Made by a program: the position numbers and the translations under genes | Source of the DNA: Octopus sinensis | Lineage: Eukaryota | Assembly (NCBI RefSeq): GCF_006345805.1 | Contig: NC_043004.1 | Location: forward strand, 7,564,001 to 7,628,000 | Length of the DNA stretch: 64,000 bases | Direction of reading: 5' to 3' | Shown: in pieces, positions 26,291 to 40,734 of the stretch | Position numbering within the stretch: the stretch's first letter is position 1 | How the letters are laid out: every line of letters begins with the position of its first letter | Notes under the pieces: generated by a model | The model's input: the letters and a program-made list of their open reading frames with translations, nothing else | Told to the model about the DNA's origin: nothing | Database searches by the model: none

Positions 26291-27116
26291 ACGACAGACG
26301 GACGGAACCCGAAGGCGGGCAGGGAACTCATGTGCTAGGCAGTCAAATACTTTGCTAAAGTCGGGCGCAATAACATTATTCTTACTATATTTAATAAGGG
26401 TGAAGGTCGACTAGTGAGAGACATAGAAGATTCCAGCGGTTGGAAAAGATTATCGTCTTTGGCTGTTCGTTACATTTCAGATAATAGAAGAGAGTACTAT
26501 AGCATATTTCAAAGATGGGAATATATTCTCCTAATTTTCTTCGGAAACACGAAAGATGATAGACAACGTCTAGTCTGGCGGGGAACTCAAAACATAAAGC
26601 AACGCACTGGTATCGTATGGGTCTTCTCAGTTCCTGAAAGTTAGGAGGGGAAATATTGGATCGTGTGAACTCCGAAAGTCCTATCCCCACCCCCGGTTCG
26701 TTTGCACAAATTTTGGTTTTCAAATTCGGTTACTACACTTTTTTTTACACCTATTACACTTGTTTTTGTTTTTGTTGCTTTGGTGGCCGAGTGTTAAACT
26801 AGATATTGACCATTTCTGGTATGCACCCACTATAAACTGACGTCTGCAACAGTTTGCTGGGGTTTTTTTTGTTTGTTGTTTGTTTCTTCTTTCCTCTTCA
26901 ATCTATACTTTGACATATTACTTAGTATTATACTTTCCCTTCGTTGTAATTTCACTACATACATACATGACGGCTGCCCCTCGTTATCGAGTATGGCCAT
27001 TGCACGAGGCTTAACTGTTAACGGTGCTGTGATCGAATGTGACTTTTTAGCCCAGCTAAAGATATACATCCATCCATCCATCCATCCATCCATCCATACA
27101 TACATACATACGTACA

Positions 27117-27147
<31 letters not shown>

Positions 27148-27299
27148 CATTTAAATATATATGAGCATGTCTAGATATCCAACTATATGCGTGAGAATAC
27201 ATACTTAAAGCAAAACATACAAATCTTTACATATATAAAAAAAATATCAAGTCAAACCGAAAGACTTTCTTTCATTATGCCAAAGAAACAGCCTCAGTT

Positions 27300-28640
27300 C
27301 GCTGCAAAATAGGACCCTTCTTCTAAAAGGATGGTTCCCACACAGATAATCCAATCAGGATCAGTGAATTGAATGACCCGTTCAAAAGTGTCTTTACGGC
27401 CCCGTTGGAACACAAACAAGTGAGCGAACTAGTGGATTTTTTTGCCGCCTCACCTAGAACCAGCGAGGCAGTTACGATGGATTACATTGACATTGGTGAA
27501 GAAGATATAATACTAGCCATAGATGAAGTGGACGCAAACTCAATTGCAGGCCCTGACGGTTTCCCAGCAAGCCTCCTCAAATCGTGTAAGCTTGCTCTGG
27601 CGAAACCACTACAGATTCTCTTCCAGAGTTTTCTTGCAAATGGCAGACTATCAAGCAAACTGAAATAGGGAATAATATGTCCAACTCATAAAGGAGGAAG
27701 CAGAGCAGATGCCAAAAATTATAAACCTATTTCTCTGACTTCACACATTAGCAAAGTCATGGAACGAATTATCAGAGGGAAACTAATCGCATTCCTTGAA
27801 GAAAATGACTTGCTGAGTGATACCCAGCATGGCTTTCGACCAGATAGGAGCTGCCTGACCCAGCTCCTACAGCACTATGACTGAGCGTTGAGGTAGTTAC
27901 TCAGCAACTCAAATGTTGACGTAATATACCTTGATTTTGCAAAAGCTTTTGATAAAGTGGATCATGGTATGATATGCCACAAACTATGTGATCTTGGCAT
28001 AGCTGGACAACTTAGAGAGTGGTTACATGACTTTCTGAAAGATAGAAGCCAAGGCAGTGGTGGCCAATGGAGCCAGCTCAAAGAAAACACAAATAGTGAG
28101 AGGTGTTCCACGGGGCACTGTCTTGGGACCATTGCTTTTCATAGTGACCCTCTCAGATATGTCCTCAGCTGCCCGGATAGCCACCCTTGCTAGCTTCGCA
28201 GACGATACGAAAGTCTCGTAGAAAATACAAAACCATAGCGATGTTGCACACCTGCAGCAGGAGTTGGACTCAATCTACAGATGAGCTGGGGGCAATAATA
28301 TGTAGTTTAATGCTGGAAAATTCCAAGCCCTGCGCTACAAGCAATGCTTCAGGACCAGTTACTGCAACAGCCTGGGTTTCAGGGTCCCTCAGCTTTTTAA
28401 TATTCTCCTAAAGAGCTTGAGGGACCTACACAAAGTGAATGTAGTTGTTTTCAAATCAAAACTGGATCTCTTCCTTTCAAGAGTCCCAGATGAACCTACT
28501 TCAACTCAGGAGGCACAAATAAGGATAGCGACATCAAACTTATTCACCAAATGCCACGTATCATAGGAGGCTCTCAATAATAACAGTGTAGCAAAACGGC
28601 GGTGCCCCGGCATGGCCACAGCTTTGAGCAGAAATTAATA
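27300..28640 (+). mobile_element. CR1/L2-like LINE reverse transcriptase remnant
   Basis: AGPDGFP, NYKPISLTSHISKVMERI, QHGFRPDRSCLTQLL, YLDFAKAFDKVDH, GTVLGPLLF and SFADDTKV motifs with stops, frameshifts and an internal deletion near 28335. Confidence 0.88.
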
Positions 28641-28842
28641 AAATAATTTTTTTTTTAAATACATACATTTATATATACATACATACATACATACATACAT
28701 ACATACATACATACATACATACATACACACAAAAATACCCTGTTGATGATGTTGAAATTCTAATGAAGGAGTCTTGGATCCAGGTTAGAAACCGGTTCTT
28801 TCTCTATTGGCAAGAAATCTTGAAATAAAACTGAACAATGAC

Positions 28843-29590
<748 letters not shown>

Positions 29591-30079
29591 GGAGAGCAAT
29601 CCTTTACACACTCACACACACTCACACACACACATTTTGCACACAAGACAAAACATTCCTGGTAGAAACACATTTTTTCAGTTGCACAGCTCATGCAGTA
29701 CACTTCCTCCACGAATCACACAGCATCTTCTTCACACTCCACTCAATAAATCAACTCAACCCACACAACATTTTCACAATCGAGACTCGGCATTCTAAAT
29801 ACAATCTAGTAAGCACAAAGTCTACATAATTACCACAAACAAATCACTCAACTTTAGCACATAAACGAGACACGATGGCATCAATCACACAACCACCAGA
29901 TAATAAAACGACAGCTCACATTACACTTGTTTTATACAAAGGACAAGCGAAAAATACAACTAAAGAAAGCTGATGTAACATGAAGAACACCAACCCAAGC
30001 AATTCTTTTATTTATCATTTCAATAAATGTTTGCAAACAAACCTACAACAAGTAGTTTTATACAGAGTAGAACGTGTCA

Positions 30080-30460
30080 CCTGGATTTTGTTGGACTACA
30101 GGAATCAGAAGTCTTTCAGAATAATGTAGTACAACTTATTACTAACACTAACTCTTACACAACGTCAGAATTGAGGATCTAAGACAAATAACCAAATTGC
30201 TACCAATCCCCTCTGTCATCAAAAATAAAGGACTCAAACTGCTTGGCTACACAGAGCGAATGGTTTGTTACGTCATCAAGATCTGTTTGGAAGACATGGT
30301 TAATGGAAAGAGAAACAGAAGCCATCAACCTAAAAGATAGGAGAAATAACATTATACACAGCATGGCCAGGCCTTGACATAGTTACCCTGAATGCTCTTG
30401 CCAAAGATCGAATAGTGTGCAGGCAACTATCTCATATTGGCGCGCACTCTGCCGCAGGCA
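30080..30460 (+). mobile_element. Decayed LINE RT C-terminal remnant
   Basis: IKNKGLKLLGYTERM...LEDMVNGKRNRSHQPKR resembles the RTE-type (L)RW.GHV.RM...G.R.RGRP region. Confidence 0.45.
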
Positions 30461-31984
30461 AAGATAGGGGAATGAATGATTATTTCAAACCTTTACTAAA
30501 AGACACGCTCGAGGAACATGGAGGTGCACCTAGCAATGCAGAAGAAGCTCTCGTGAAACTGTTGGAAATGGATGACGATAGGCACAAGGCTAGACATTTA
30601 TGAGGATGGTTTTATCAGTTAACTAACTCTACCCCAATACCGGTACTTTCTTATTGATCCTGAGAAGATGAAATGCAAAGCTGCCTTCGATGTGATTTGA
30701 ACTCAGAATAGAGAGCCGAAACAAATGTCAATTCTGTTAAAAACGGGCAGAGTCGTTAGTTTTAGGGGTAGGAGTGATTGATTATAGTAACACCAATGTT
30801 TCACTGATACATATATGGTACTATCAACTCTTGGTAGATGATTGGTACTTCATGGTGCAGGTGATGGTGGTGACGTTGATGACAACAGTTCTTAATTTAA
30901 GAACAAGACCAGCAGATCCCCTTGCTCATTCCTATCCAATATTTTTATTAATCGACGGTCATTCTCAACAGCTTCAAGCAAGTGTTGAAAGCCACATCAG
31001 TGCGGATGTAGCTTTCAAAGAGAAACCCGGATGAAACACGAGTAAAAACGGGGCAATTTTGTATTTCTACTCTATTTTTGCTCATATTTCATTCTGGATA
31101 TATATTTACCACACTGAAGCAGTCTGAACACGGTTTACCGATATTGGGTTTATTGTAATAGAAATATATATTGAGAGCCGTCTGGTAGTGGCAGGACGAT
31201 GATGACAACTGTGTAAATGATGAAGAAGAAAACAAATTACGATTGTTCTAAGCAGGAGATGAAGTTCATAAAGATCGTAGTGGAGGTGACTGTTAATGAT
31301 GAGAATGATTATGATAGTGATGATGGGGATGAGGGCGATGATACGAGTAGTGAACAAATAATAAAACCAGAAAATATCAGTTTGTCAACTGAATATATTA
31401 AATATCGTCTTGTTCTTTCTTTCTCAATACCGCCATCACCGCCTCTCTCTCTCTCTCTCTCTTCCATTTACCATCCATATTACTATAAATATAACACCGT
31501 CACATCCCTCCTGTGTCTCTCTCCGACCTCCTCTTCCATAATATCCTGGACAGAAGCCTTCCTACAGACAAAAGCAGGAACGTTAATCATCACCATTCTT
31601 CCAAGACTTCCTCTTGTTTGGGATTGGAAGCTGATGAGAGAGAGAGAAAGAGAAAGAGATTGGATTTCTTTGCAGTTCTTGTTGCCAAGGCAACAGCGTT
31701 CATGTGACTTCTTCACTTATCAGATCAACTGATCGATTTCCATATTTCTCAAATCAATACCGTTATATAATTTTAATTTTCTTCACTATTATTGTTTTTT
31801 TCCCCACATTTTTGTGTTTTCTTCAAATATTCCTTTTTAGTTTATTTTTTAAAACTTTTATTAATTTTATTTTATTTTAAATTTTAGCAGCATTTACTAT
31901 TTTTTTAATTCATTTCTGTCAAAAATTTTATACAAATCAATAACTTCAACTTTCCCAGATCACGGTCAACAACAACACCATGAG

Positions 31985-33590
31985 TCGACAAGGGAGCATC
32001 TACGTGGTTGCTCAACCTGCTAGAAACAATAGCCAATTCACTTTTAAATAATTCTTTTCTAAAAACACGAAAGACACATTAAATAACGTAGTTAAGGTAT
32101 ATCATGCGTTTTCTTTTTTTTTAATTGTATGTTCACGGCAATAATGTTTTTGATCCTTGTACGTGGTTGTAATGTTAGAAATAACAACCAAATCTCCTTC
32201 AGATCACAGTCTGCCATCCTGAAAGAGACAGCAATATGATCTTGAGATGGTTACAGCTGGAACGTCGGTTAACTAGACCAAACCACTGCCATCACTAAGA
32301 AAAAAAAACTTGAATGTCAACACAAAAAAGCTGCCAAATAATTCAATTACTGCTGCCATCACCAACAACACCAACCTGATCGCTACAAACTATTGTCAAC
32401 ACTATCGCTTTTACTAAACCAAAAATGGTTTCTAATTTAGGCACAAAACCAGCAATTTGGGGGGGAAGTGGATAATTCGATAGCGTTGAACTCAGTGTTT
32501 GACTGATACTTTATTTTGTTGATCCAGAGGGATAAAGGACAAAGTTGACCTCAGAATGTAAGTGTCAGAAGAAAACCCACAAAGCATTTTGTCCGACGCC
32601 CTACCGATTCTGCTAACTGCGAGCCGATGAAAGAATCTTTACTTATTCATTTGATTTAATCAGAAAAGCATCCCTCTGCTGTCTTAAAAGAAAAAAAAAC
32701 CGACACAAATAGACAGTGTCGTCTTGTCTTAGATACACAATGAGGGAGGGACTGGATGGTCATGGTTGGAACACTTTAGATCCATAAGTCTGCCAAGTCA
32801 GGGCTGATCAGGGTCAACAACAATAATACATTTAATTAGTTATAACATCACTATAACTGGGAACCTCTCGAACCTGCTAGAAATAATAATCAAATCCTCC
32901 ATTAAATAATGTAGTCGACTGCCTGACAAAAAAAAGACGGAATAATTATGGCTGAAACGTCTGTTAACATATGTTTGCTCGGTCAAGAAAAACTTGGGGC
33001 TTAAACATCAGCAACAACACCTTCATCAACATTAACACTATCGGCAATATTGCGGCGGCGGCGGCTAACAATCTCACCACTCCTATTAGTACCAAACCAT
33101 TTTTACCATCTTTTATACTACCACAAGTGTACAAACAGCACCGTCGTCACCACCCGCCCCACCATTCCCTTCGTTGTTACATCCCCCTCCCCTCTCAAAC
33201 TATCCTCTTCCTCCTCTTTTACTCTACTACCGTCTCTTCTTTGTACTTTCCTTTTCACATTACGAAGGCTCAATGAGATACTTGTCTTCTGGTTTTTGTT
33301 CGTGTTTGCTTTTTTTTCCAGAAAACCACTCACAACACTACAAACAGCACCGCCCCGCCACCGCCATCACCATTGAATACCAGCAGCAAGAGACAACGAG
33401 GTCGGCTAACCTACTAGAAATAGCTGCCAAATCTCTCTTCAGTCGTTTCCTTATTGTTTTGAATATGAACACATTGGATAGCGTAGTCCTTTATGCGTTT
33501 ATGTCTAAAAGATCGGATGGAACCTCTTTGATCATAACTCTTCACAACCACGCCAGACCCGGGGCTAAACAACTACGACGATACTAGCAC
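31985..33590 (+). repeat. Cluster of 4-5 partial copies of a third short repeat family
   Basis: CTGCTAGAAAT(A)ACA(G/A)CCAAATCTC... heads at about 32015, 32175, 32875 and 33410, with ...GATCATA...GGGCTAAACAACAAC tails; also seen at 41660-41830 and 55915-56250. Confidence 0.55.
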
Positions 33591-36500
33591 TACTGCCATC
33601 GTTTTATTATTCTGTCTAGAATATATTTACTGATTTCGCCTTCGGATTTTCTTCTCTTTTCTTTCATCTTTTCACATTAATATTTCCTTTACAGTAGACA
33701 CACACACACACACACATACACACACACACAAGCACCCGTTCACAATTCTGTTATATAATTAGAGCGCATTCTGCTCTCCTCATCCTCACACTCTCTCTTC
33801 TTTTCTCTTGCTTCAACCTTTCTCTTTTTATTCCTCCTCCTCCTCCTCTCCTTCATTCGCCTCCCTCCACCCATCAACATTTTTATCTCTTCTTTTACCT
33901 CCCCATCCTCCCACTACTACTATTACTTCTACCACGTTTTTATTATTTTCCCCCTCTAGCGCTCTCTCTATTTCTCTTTCCTCTAATTCTCCTCTATCTC
34001 TCCTCCCTCACCCCTATAATTATACCTCTATCTTTCTCTGTCTCTCTCTGATCTTCTGATGATGATTTTATATATATATACATACACATGTCTCTCTCTC
34101 TCTCCCTCCCGCACTCCTCAGTTTCAATTCTTCTCCAGACTTCCGTCTCACCAGACCACTGCATCGAATGATAGTGGGTTGAGGCATTGAACAACAGAAA
34201 GCAAAATAAAATAAAGAACAAAGTAAGAAGGTAAACAATTATGCGTGTGCGCACCTGTATGTGTGTGTGTGTGTGCATGTGTACATACGTATGTCTGAGT
34301 ATAGCAGTATGTGGTACATGCGTGCGCGTGTTTATGAATGTATATATGTATACATACATGTGTGTGTGATTGCTGTTGTAGCTGAAGAATGACATAACGT
34401 TGGGGCAAGATGGAGAGAAAGCGGCAATTGGTTTTAAGATTATATAAACAGACAAGTGAAGTGAAGAGGGGAGATGACAGTTGTATTACTGTTCGTCTTG
34501 TAGTGATGCCAAAGATGACATCAAACTTGCTATAGACTTGTATGTGAGTCTATATTTTGCGCATAAATTCTCCGAAGCACTGCTTTCTATCTTCACATGA
34601 ACAGTAATCGTGTGCAAGCTGCTGAGATTAGGTTTTGATTTGCACTACAGACATCCTGCGATATATTTCCTTTTCTTTCCACAGACTTATGTTGCCGATT
34701 GGATCGGGGTTTTTTTTTTATCTCTTATTGCTGTGACATGAAACAGACGAGAGAGAGGAATCTTACATGAAGTAACATCTCCTTCTATCGCAGTTTAATA
34801 TTCCTAATCCATTTTTGACGGAGCAGCTGTTGCTTCTATCGATGAATTGTTGCCAACCACTTTACAGAATATCCTGCTTTAGTGGATTTAAAGTGCACTA
34901 ACAATAATGGGGTTGTGTTGCACCTCAAAGACGAGAGAGTCCTCACTACATTAAAAATGTTTACTCGGGTTCTGTGGCTGAGACAGTGAAGGCAGAAGAA
35001 TAAGGATGGTTAGAAGAGGGAACAAGTGTATGGATGGTAAAAATGAAGCAATTGGCATGTAAAAAGCACCCACTACACTCTCAGAGTGGTTGGCGTTAGG
35101 AAGGGCATCCAGCTGTAGAAACATTGCCAGATCAGATTGGAGCCTGGTGCAGCCTTCTGGCTTGCCAGCTGTCAGTTAAACCGTCCAACCCATGCCAGCA
35201 TGGAAAGCGGACGTTAAACGACAATGACGATTGGAATGAAGCTGGCGTGAGAGAAAATGGTGGATAGTAACAGAGGTGAATGATGGATGTCAATATTAGG
35301 TGACCAACAAAAGCAGGCTCAACCCACCCACCATTTTACAGTGTGTCTGGATAGAGTGTATTGTAGCACCAGTACAAGAGGGATTCCTTTGTACTTTGAA
35401 AAGGCCAAAAGTGTTTGGTACTGCTGTTGTAGTTGTTGATTTTGCTACTCTTCCTTTTGTTATTGCCTCTGTTGCTAAACACCATCAATGAACCTGTGGG
35501 AAATGGCAGCCAAATTACCCTTAAATCATAACTGCCATCTTCCTTGCTCAAAGGATAAACAGAATATGGTCATGGCATCAAAATGTACTTTTGTCATGTC
35601 TTTTCTACAAATATTTCCATAGCTTTTACTCTGATGGACATTCCGGTCAACTACCCTCTGTCAACACCTTTAACTCTTTCATTACTGTATTTCTGTTGAG
35701 ATGCTCTGTGTTTCTTTCAATTACTTTAAATATAACAAAGAATTTAGTAAAATAACTTCGTTATCATTAAGCTAGTGTTAGGAACATAAATTGTGACTAA
35801 GGTTTGGTGGAAGATTTTATGAAAACAAGAAATTTGTACTACAGAGCCAAAGCCGGTTTCAGCCAGATTGGTAACAAAAGGGTTAACCTTCTCTTCCCAG
35901 GCTCATCATTTCTCTGTCAATCTTCTGGTTATTTATAAATCCTTTCATTCTAATAGCTTCTTTCTTTGAACTGCAATTCACTGGAACTCACTACCATCGT
36001 CTTATTTCCCTCTGGTCTTTGATATTCAGTGCTTTAAGCATTCTGTCCATCGACATCACTTGAATTTGTTGGCCCCTTTTTTGCTTTCTTTGTTGTCCCT
36101 TACACTACGGTGACCACAAGCCTTGTTTGGAGCAAAATTGTATAAAAACAAATATCAGATTGATCAGAACTGACCTGAAATGACACTAACACAACCACAG
36201 CTGTGGCCTCTTCTGCCTCCTCTTCATACTTTTCTTCTTCTTGCTGTTGTTGTTGTTGTTGATGTCTGTAAGGGCAATGAACTGGCAGAAGTGTTTCAGC
36301 ATCAGAAGAATTTTTGTTCTGTCTCTTAACATTCCGAGTTCAAATCTTGCCAAATTCAACTTTCCTTTTCATCCCTCTACAATCAATAAAATAAAGTAAC
36401 TGGCAAGAACTGGGATTGAACTGAGAAACCCTCCCTTCAGAATTGCAGGTTTTATGCCTAGTTTAGAAATTACTATTATTGTTATTAGCACCCATGCCAG

Positions 36501-36994
36501 TGTCACAGAGAAAAGCACCTGTTCAGTGCCACATCATAATCACTGAGTCCACTCTGTAAAACAGTTGGCATTGCGAAGGGCATCCAGCTGCAGAAACCAT
36601 GCCAGAACAGACGAATGGAGCCTAGTGCATCTCTCTGGCTGACCAGTTCCTGTCAAACCGCCCAACCCATGCCAGCATGAAAAACAGGCATTTAATGATG
36701 ATGATGATGATGTGGGGAGCTGGCAGAATTGTTACTGTGCTGGGCCAAAATGATGAGCAGCATTTCATCCATCTTTGTTGTCTGAACTCAAGATCTGCCT
36801 TTCGCCCTTCTAAGGTTGATAGGTGCCTGTTGAGTTCTAGGATCAATGTAATCGACTGGACCTCACCTCCCCCGAAAGTGCTAGCCTTGTGCCAAAAATT
36901 GAAGCCATTATTATTGTTGTTGTTTGTTATCACTTTTACTTCTATTGTAGAAATATTTTCACTTCTCATTATTATTCAATATTATTATTTAACA

Positions 36995-37370
36995 GAATCA
37001 TTAGCACGCCGGGCGAAATGCTTAGCGGTATTTCATCTGCCGTTACGTTCTGAGTTCAAATTCCGCCGAGGTCATCTTTGCCTTTCATCCTTTCAGGGTC
37101 GATAAATTAAGTACCAGTTATGCACTGGGGTCGATGTAATCAACTTAATCCGTTTGTCTGTCCTTGTTTGTCCTCTCTGTATTTAGCCCCTTGTGGGTAG
37201 TAAAGAAACAGGTATTTCATCTGCTGTTACATTCTGAGTTCAAATTCCGCCAAGGTCGACTTTGCCTTTCATCCTTTTGGGGTCAATTAAATAAGTACCA
37301 GTTATGCTCTGGGGTCAATGTAATTGACTTAATCCCTTTGTTTGTCCCCTCTGTTGACAATAAAGAAATA
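36995..37370 (+). mobile_element. Second tRNA-derived SINE family, tandem dimer
   Basis: GTTCTGAGTTCAAATTCCGCCGAGGTC..CTTTGCCTTTCATCC...AAGTACCAGTT..GCACTGGGGTCGATGTAAT unit present twice. Confidence 0.75.
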
Positions 37371-37879
37371 TTTAACTTTCTTAATTTAAACTTCCCTCAC
37401 CCCACTGCCTAACATCCTCTCCCTTCTTCTCACTCACACCAACACCACCTCAACATCCTCTCCCTCTCCTCACTCTCACTTTTCTCCTTCATCTCAGCTT
37501 CTTTCTTTCTATTTATATTATATTCAGCCTCTTCCATTAATAAAAAAAAAAGCATTTAAACAAGGTTTTGTTTTGAAAATCTGACAGAATTCTGGGACAC
37601 ATTGTACTTAGCTTTCTATTGTCCTTTTATCACCACCACCACCATACTATCATCATCATCATCATCAACACCACTAGCACTCTATTTTCTTCTTCTTCAT
37701 CTTCCTCATTGCTCTTGCTACCAATATCATTAAGGCCTCCATACAAAACCAGCTTCCTCTTGAATGAAAACATATCCACCACATTATTGCGGAGTGCTGA
37801 GCAAACTGTACTTCGTGTAATCTATTTATTAATTTTTTTTTTCTTATCTCTTCATATTTGCTTTTCCATTTATAGCTAT

Positions 37880-37942
37880 CTATCCATCTATCTATTTATC
37901 TATCTGTTTGTTTGTCTATCCACCCATCTGTCTGTCAGTCTG

Positions 37943-38013
<71 letters not shown>

Positions 38014-38050
38014 GTCTGTCTGTCTGTCTGTTTGTCTAGCCATCCATCCA

Positions 38051-38087
<37 letters not shown>

Positions 38088-38370
38088 GTCTATCTATCTA
38101 TCTGTCTATCTATCTATCAATTAATCAATCTATCTATCTATCTATCTATTTGTCTATCCAACCATCCATCCATCTATTTTTCTGTCAGTCCGTCTGTCTG
38201 TCTATCTATCATTCTGTTTGTCTATCCACCCATCCCTCTGTCTGTCTGTCCGTCTGTCTATCTATATGTCTATCTGTCTGTCTGTCTATCTATCTGTCTG
38301 TTTGTCCATCCGTCCGTCCACCCACCCACCCATCCATCCATCCATCTATCCATCTATCTACCTATCTATC
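37880..38370. repeat. (TCTA)n/(TCTG)n/(TCCA)n tetranucleotide array
   Basis: Direct reading; accounts for the 273-aa ORF at 37619-38440. Confidence 0.95.
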
Positions 38371-38606
38371 TGAATGGATTATTGACAGATCAGCTCCAAG
38401 TAAGTTGCTTTATTTGTATAGAAAAACTGTCTGTTGTTAAATATTTTTTGCCAAAGAGGTGTTTAACATCTTCTCCTTCAACCTAAATAAATCTTTTAAT
38501 AGGAAATTCCCCATTCCCCTATGTGGGTGAATTTCCAAAATTTAAAAAATTTTCTTGTAATAATTAATGGAGCAGTATCATGTTATTGTGTCAGAATACA
38601 CAGGAT

Positions 38607-38935
38607 CAGCTGACTGGTCCCATGCCAGTGGCACATAAAAAACACCATTCAAGCATGGCAGATGCCAGTATCGCCTGACTGGCCTCTGTGCAAGTGACAT
38701 GTAAAAAGCACCATTCAAGCGTGGCTGATGCCAGTACCGCCTGAGTGGTCCTCATGCCAGTGGCACTTAAAAAGCACTCACTACACTCTCGGAGTGGTTG
38801 GCATTAGGAAGGGCATCCAGCTGTAGAAACATTGCCAAATCAGATTGGGAGCCTGGTGCAGCCTTCTGGCTTGTGAATCCTCAGTCAAACCGTCCAACCC
38901 ATGCCAGTGTGGAAAGCGGATGTTAAACGACGACG
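38607..38935 (+). mobile_element. RTE 3' UTR copy
   Basis: Same signature with tandem subunits. Confidence 0.8.
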
Positions 38936-39234
38936 ACTATACTGGAGAGGTGGTAATTATGCAAGATAAAAATTAATGGGTTAAATGATGAGAGTAGTGA
39001 AAGAGTAAAGTTAGAAGAAGAAAGAGTTTGAGATAGAATCTGGAGTAGAGGCAGAAAAGTACAATAAAATGTCCTTCTTTACATTTGTTGTCTTGGAGAA
39101 GGTTTTGTAGTCTTGCCAGTACTAATAAGGCAGATAAATTGCTTTTGAGATTAATTAAAACTATATAATAGAGTGGTACTATTAGTGAGATCCAGATTGG
39201 CATTGAATTCAGTGAGATTGCTCTTCATTAACAC

Positions 39235-39345
39235 CTGTTTTCTTCTATTCTTTATAAATACTGAGTCAATAATCTCAGAGTTTGGAAATGGATGTCTTTG
39301 AGATCTTTCAAACTGGTTCTTATCACATAATACATCATTAATTAG
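39235..39345 (-). CDS. Candidate exon LINDVLCDKNQFERSQRHPFPNSEIIDSVFIKNRRKQ
   Basis: TTTTCTGCAG acceptor, in frame with the 41109 exon; weak donor CAG|GTGTTA, or the ORF reads on to a stop at 39151. Confidence 0.35.
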
Positions 39346-39363
39346 CTGCAGAAAATGGTTTAA

Positions 39364-39580
39364 CACTTATGCATTTAAACTTGCTGTGTCAGGCCCTAAT
39401 ATTCTACCTGTTTTATGGTTATACTGGCTAAATCTAGCTTCTTACTCTTAGCCTACAATGTCATCCTAAAAATAAACAATTACATCATTGAAATCTAGAA
39501 GCAGTGAGATAAAGCAGGATTGAATCAAAGCAAGAATAAATAAGCAACACATTTCACAGAGTAATTTCAATGCAAAAGGG
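39364..39580. mobile_element. piggyBac-like MITE, older copy
   Basis: Bounded by TTAA on both sides, ends AAAAGGG, interior homologous to 49496-49714. Confidence 0.7.
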
Positions 39581-39906
39581 TTAAACCGTGCTTGAGTTAA
39601 ATACTCGAGTGGCACAATCACAAGATCTGACTTTAGTTTGCAGGGAGAGAGTTGCTGGGAAATTAAAATCTTGTATTTAGTACAAGCAACAGGTGCACAA
39701 GAGGTGCAGTGTGATGTTTGATTAATTGAGAGGCAAGTGGAGCTTTCAAATTCTGGCACAAGACCAGCAACTGGTTCTTATTTTATCGCCCCCAAAGGGA
39801 TGAAAGCAAAGTTGACCTTGGTGGAATTTGAACTCAATGTAAACACGGATGAAATACCATTAAGCATTTTGTCCAGCACCTTTTACAATTCTGCCCGTTC
39901 ACTGTC

Positions 39907-40273
39907 TTTTCACCTCCGCTTTAGAGAAGGTGGAGGTATTGTTTTTAGTCCTGTTTGTTTGCTTGTCCATGGACAAGATATCTTAAGAACCAATGGATGG
40001 ATTCCAATGAAACTTTCAGGAATGTTTGGCCTCATGACTGACACAAACTGATTAGTTTTCGGGATCAATCCAGTACCAGACAAGGATTCTTGATTATTTT
40101 TCCATTTTTTACTTAATTTTTGAGAACAGTCGGGTCCATTTTTAGTATTTTCGTTTATGAGAGCAGCCGAGTTTATTTCTAATATTCTCATTTTAAAAAT
40201 CATCTCTGGCTAATTGTTGAGAGGACATTGGTGTTGTCTTGGTGGAGGTTTGCATTGTCTGAGTGCTCTTGTT
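39907..40273 (+). mobile_element. Non-autonomous Helentron/Helitron2-like (HINE/DINE-1-type) element
   Basis: 5' TTTTCACCTCCGC...GGAGGTATTGTTTT hairpin plus GTTTGTTTG tract; 3' subterminal GTGGAGGT (inverse of ACCTCC(G/A)C) followed by GCATTGTCTGAGTGCTCTTGTTT; T-rich ends and no TSD. Confidence 0.55.
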
Positions 40274-40289
40274 TATTAATATTATTATA

Positions 40290-40660
40290 ATAATGATGTG
40301 GAGAAAAAATCCATGGTTATAGATATTGCCATACCTGGGGATGCATGCAGGGGTGACAAAGAGCTGGAAAAGACGGAATAAATACAAACTACTAAAAGAC
40401 AAAATTGCAGGAATGTGGGAAATGAGGAGAGTAACTATTATCCCAGAAGTTGTAGGAGCACTGGGAGCATTAACAACCAGGTTTGAGAAATATGTCGGAG
40501 GAACTGGAATTGACATGAGGGTAGAACATGCTTGAGAAACTGCTCTGTAGGGGACAGCGAAGATTTTGAGATTGGTACTTGGGTGTTAAGGATTTTGGAA
40601 AAGAGACCTTGTGAGATGCATGACAATAGGTTGTTGTCTGCTCTTACAAAATTAACTGGA
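40290..40660 (+). mobile_element. R4/Dong-like (restriction-like endonuclease) non-LTR retrotransposon 3' fragment
   Basis: VIDIAIPGD...ELEK..KYKLLKDKIAGMWEMRRVTIIPEVVGALGAL...ETAL.GTAKILRLVL is typical of the RLE C-terminus. Confidence 0.75.
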
Positions 40661-40734
40661 GCAAGTAAATTCAAGAGCTCTGAGAAGTAAAATGGAAATA
40701 ATGAAATTGTAATTGTAGTTATTATCCTCATACT

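Noticed and set aside
28758-28800. CTAATGA...GAAACCGGTT hammerhead-like motif
   Set aside because: G5A core change and no closing stem II; at most a dead relative.
37619-38440. 273-aa ORF
   Set aside because: Produced by the (TCTA)n array and other simple repeats. The same applies to the ORFs at 24504-24716, 26830-27154 and 28760-29712.
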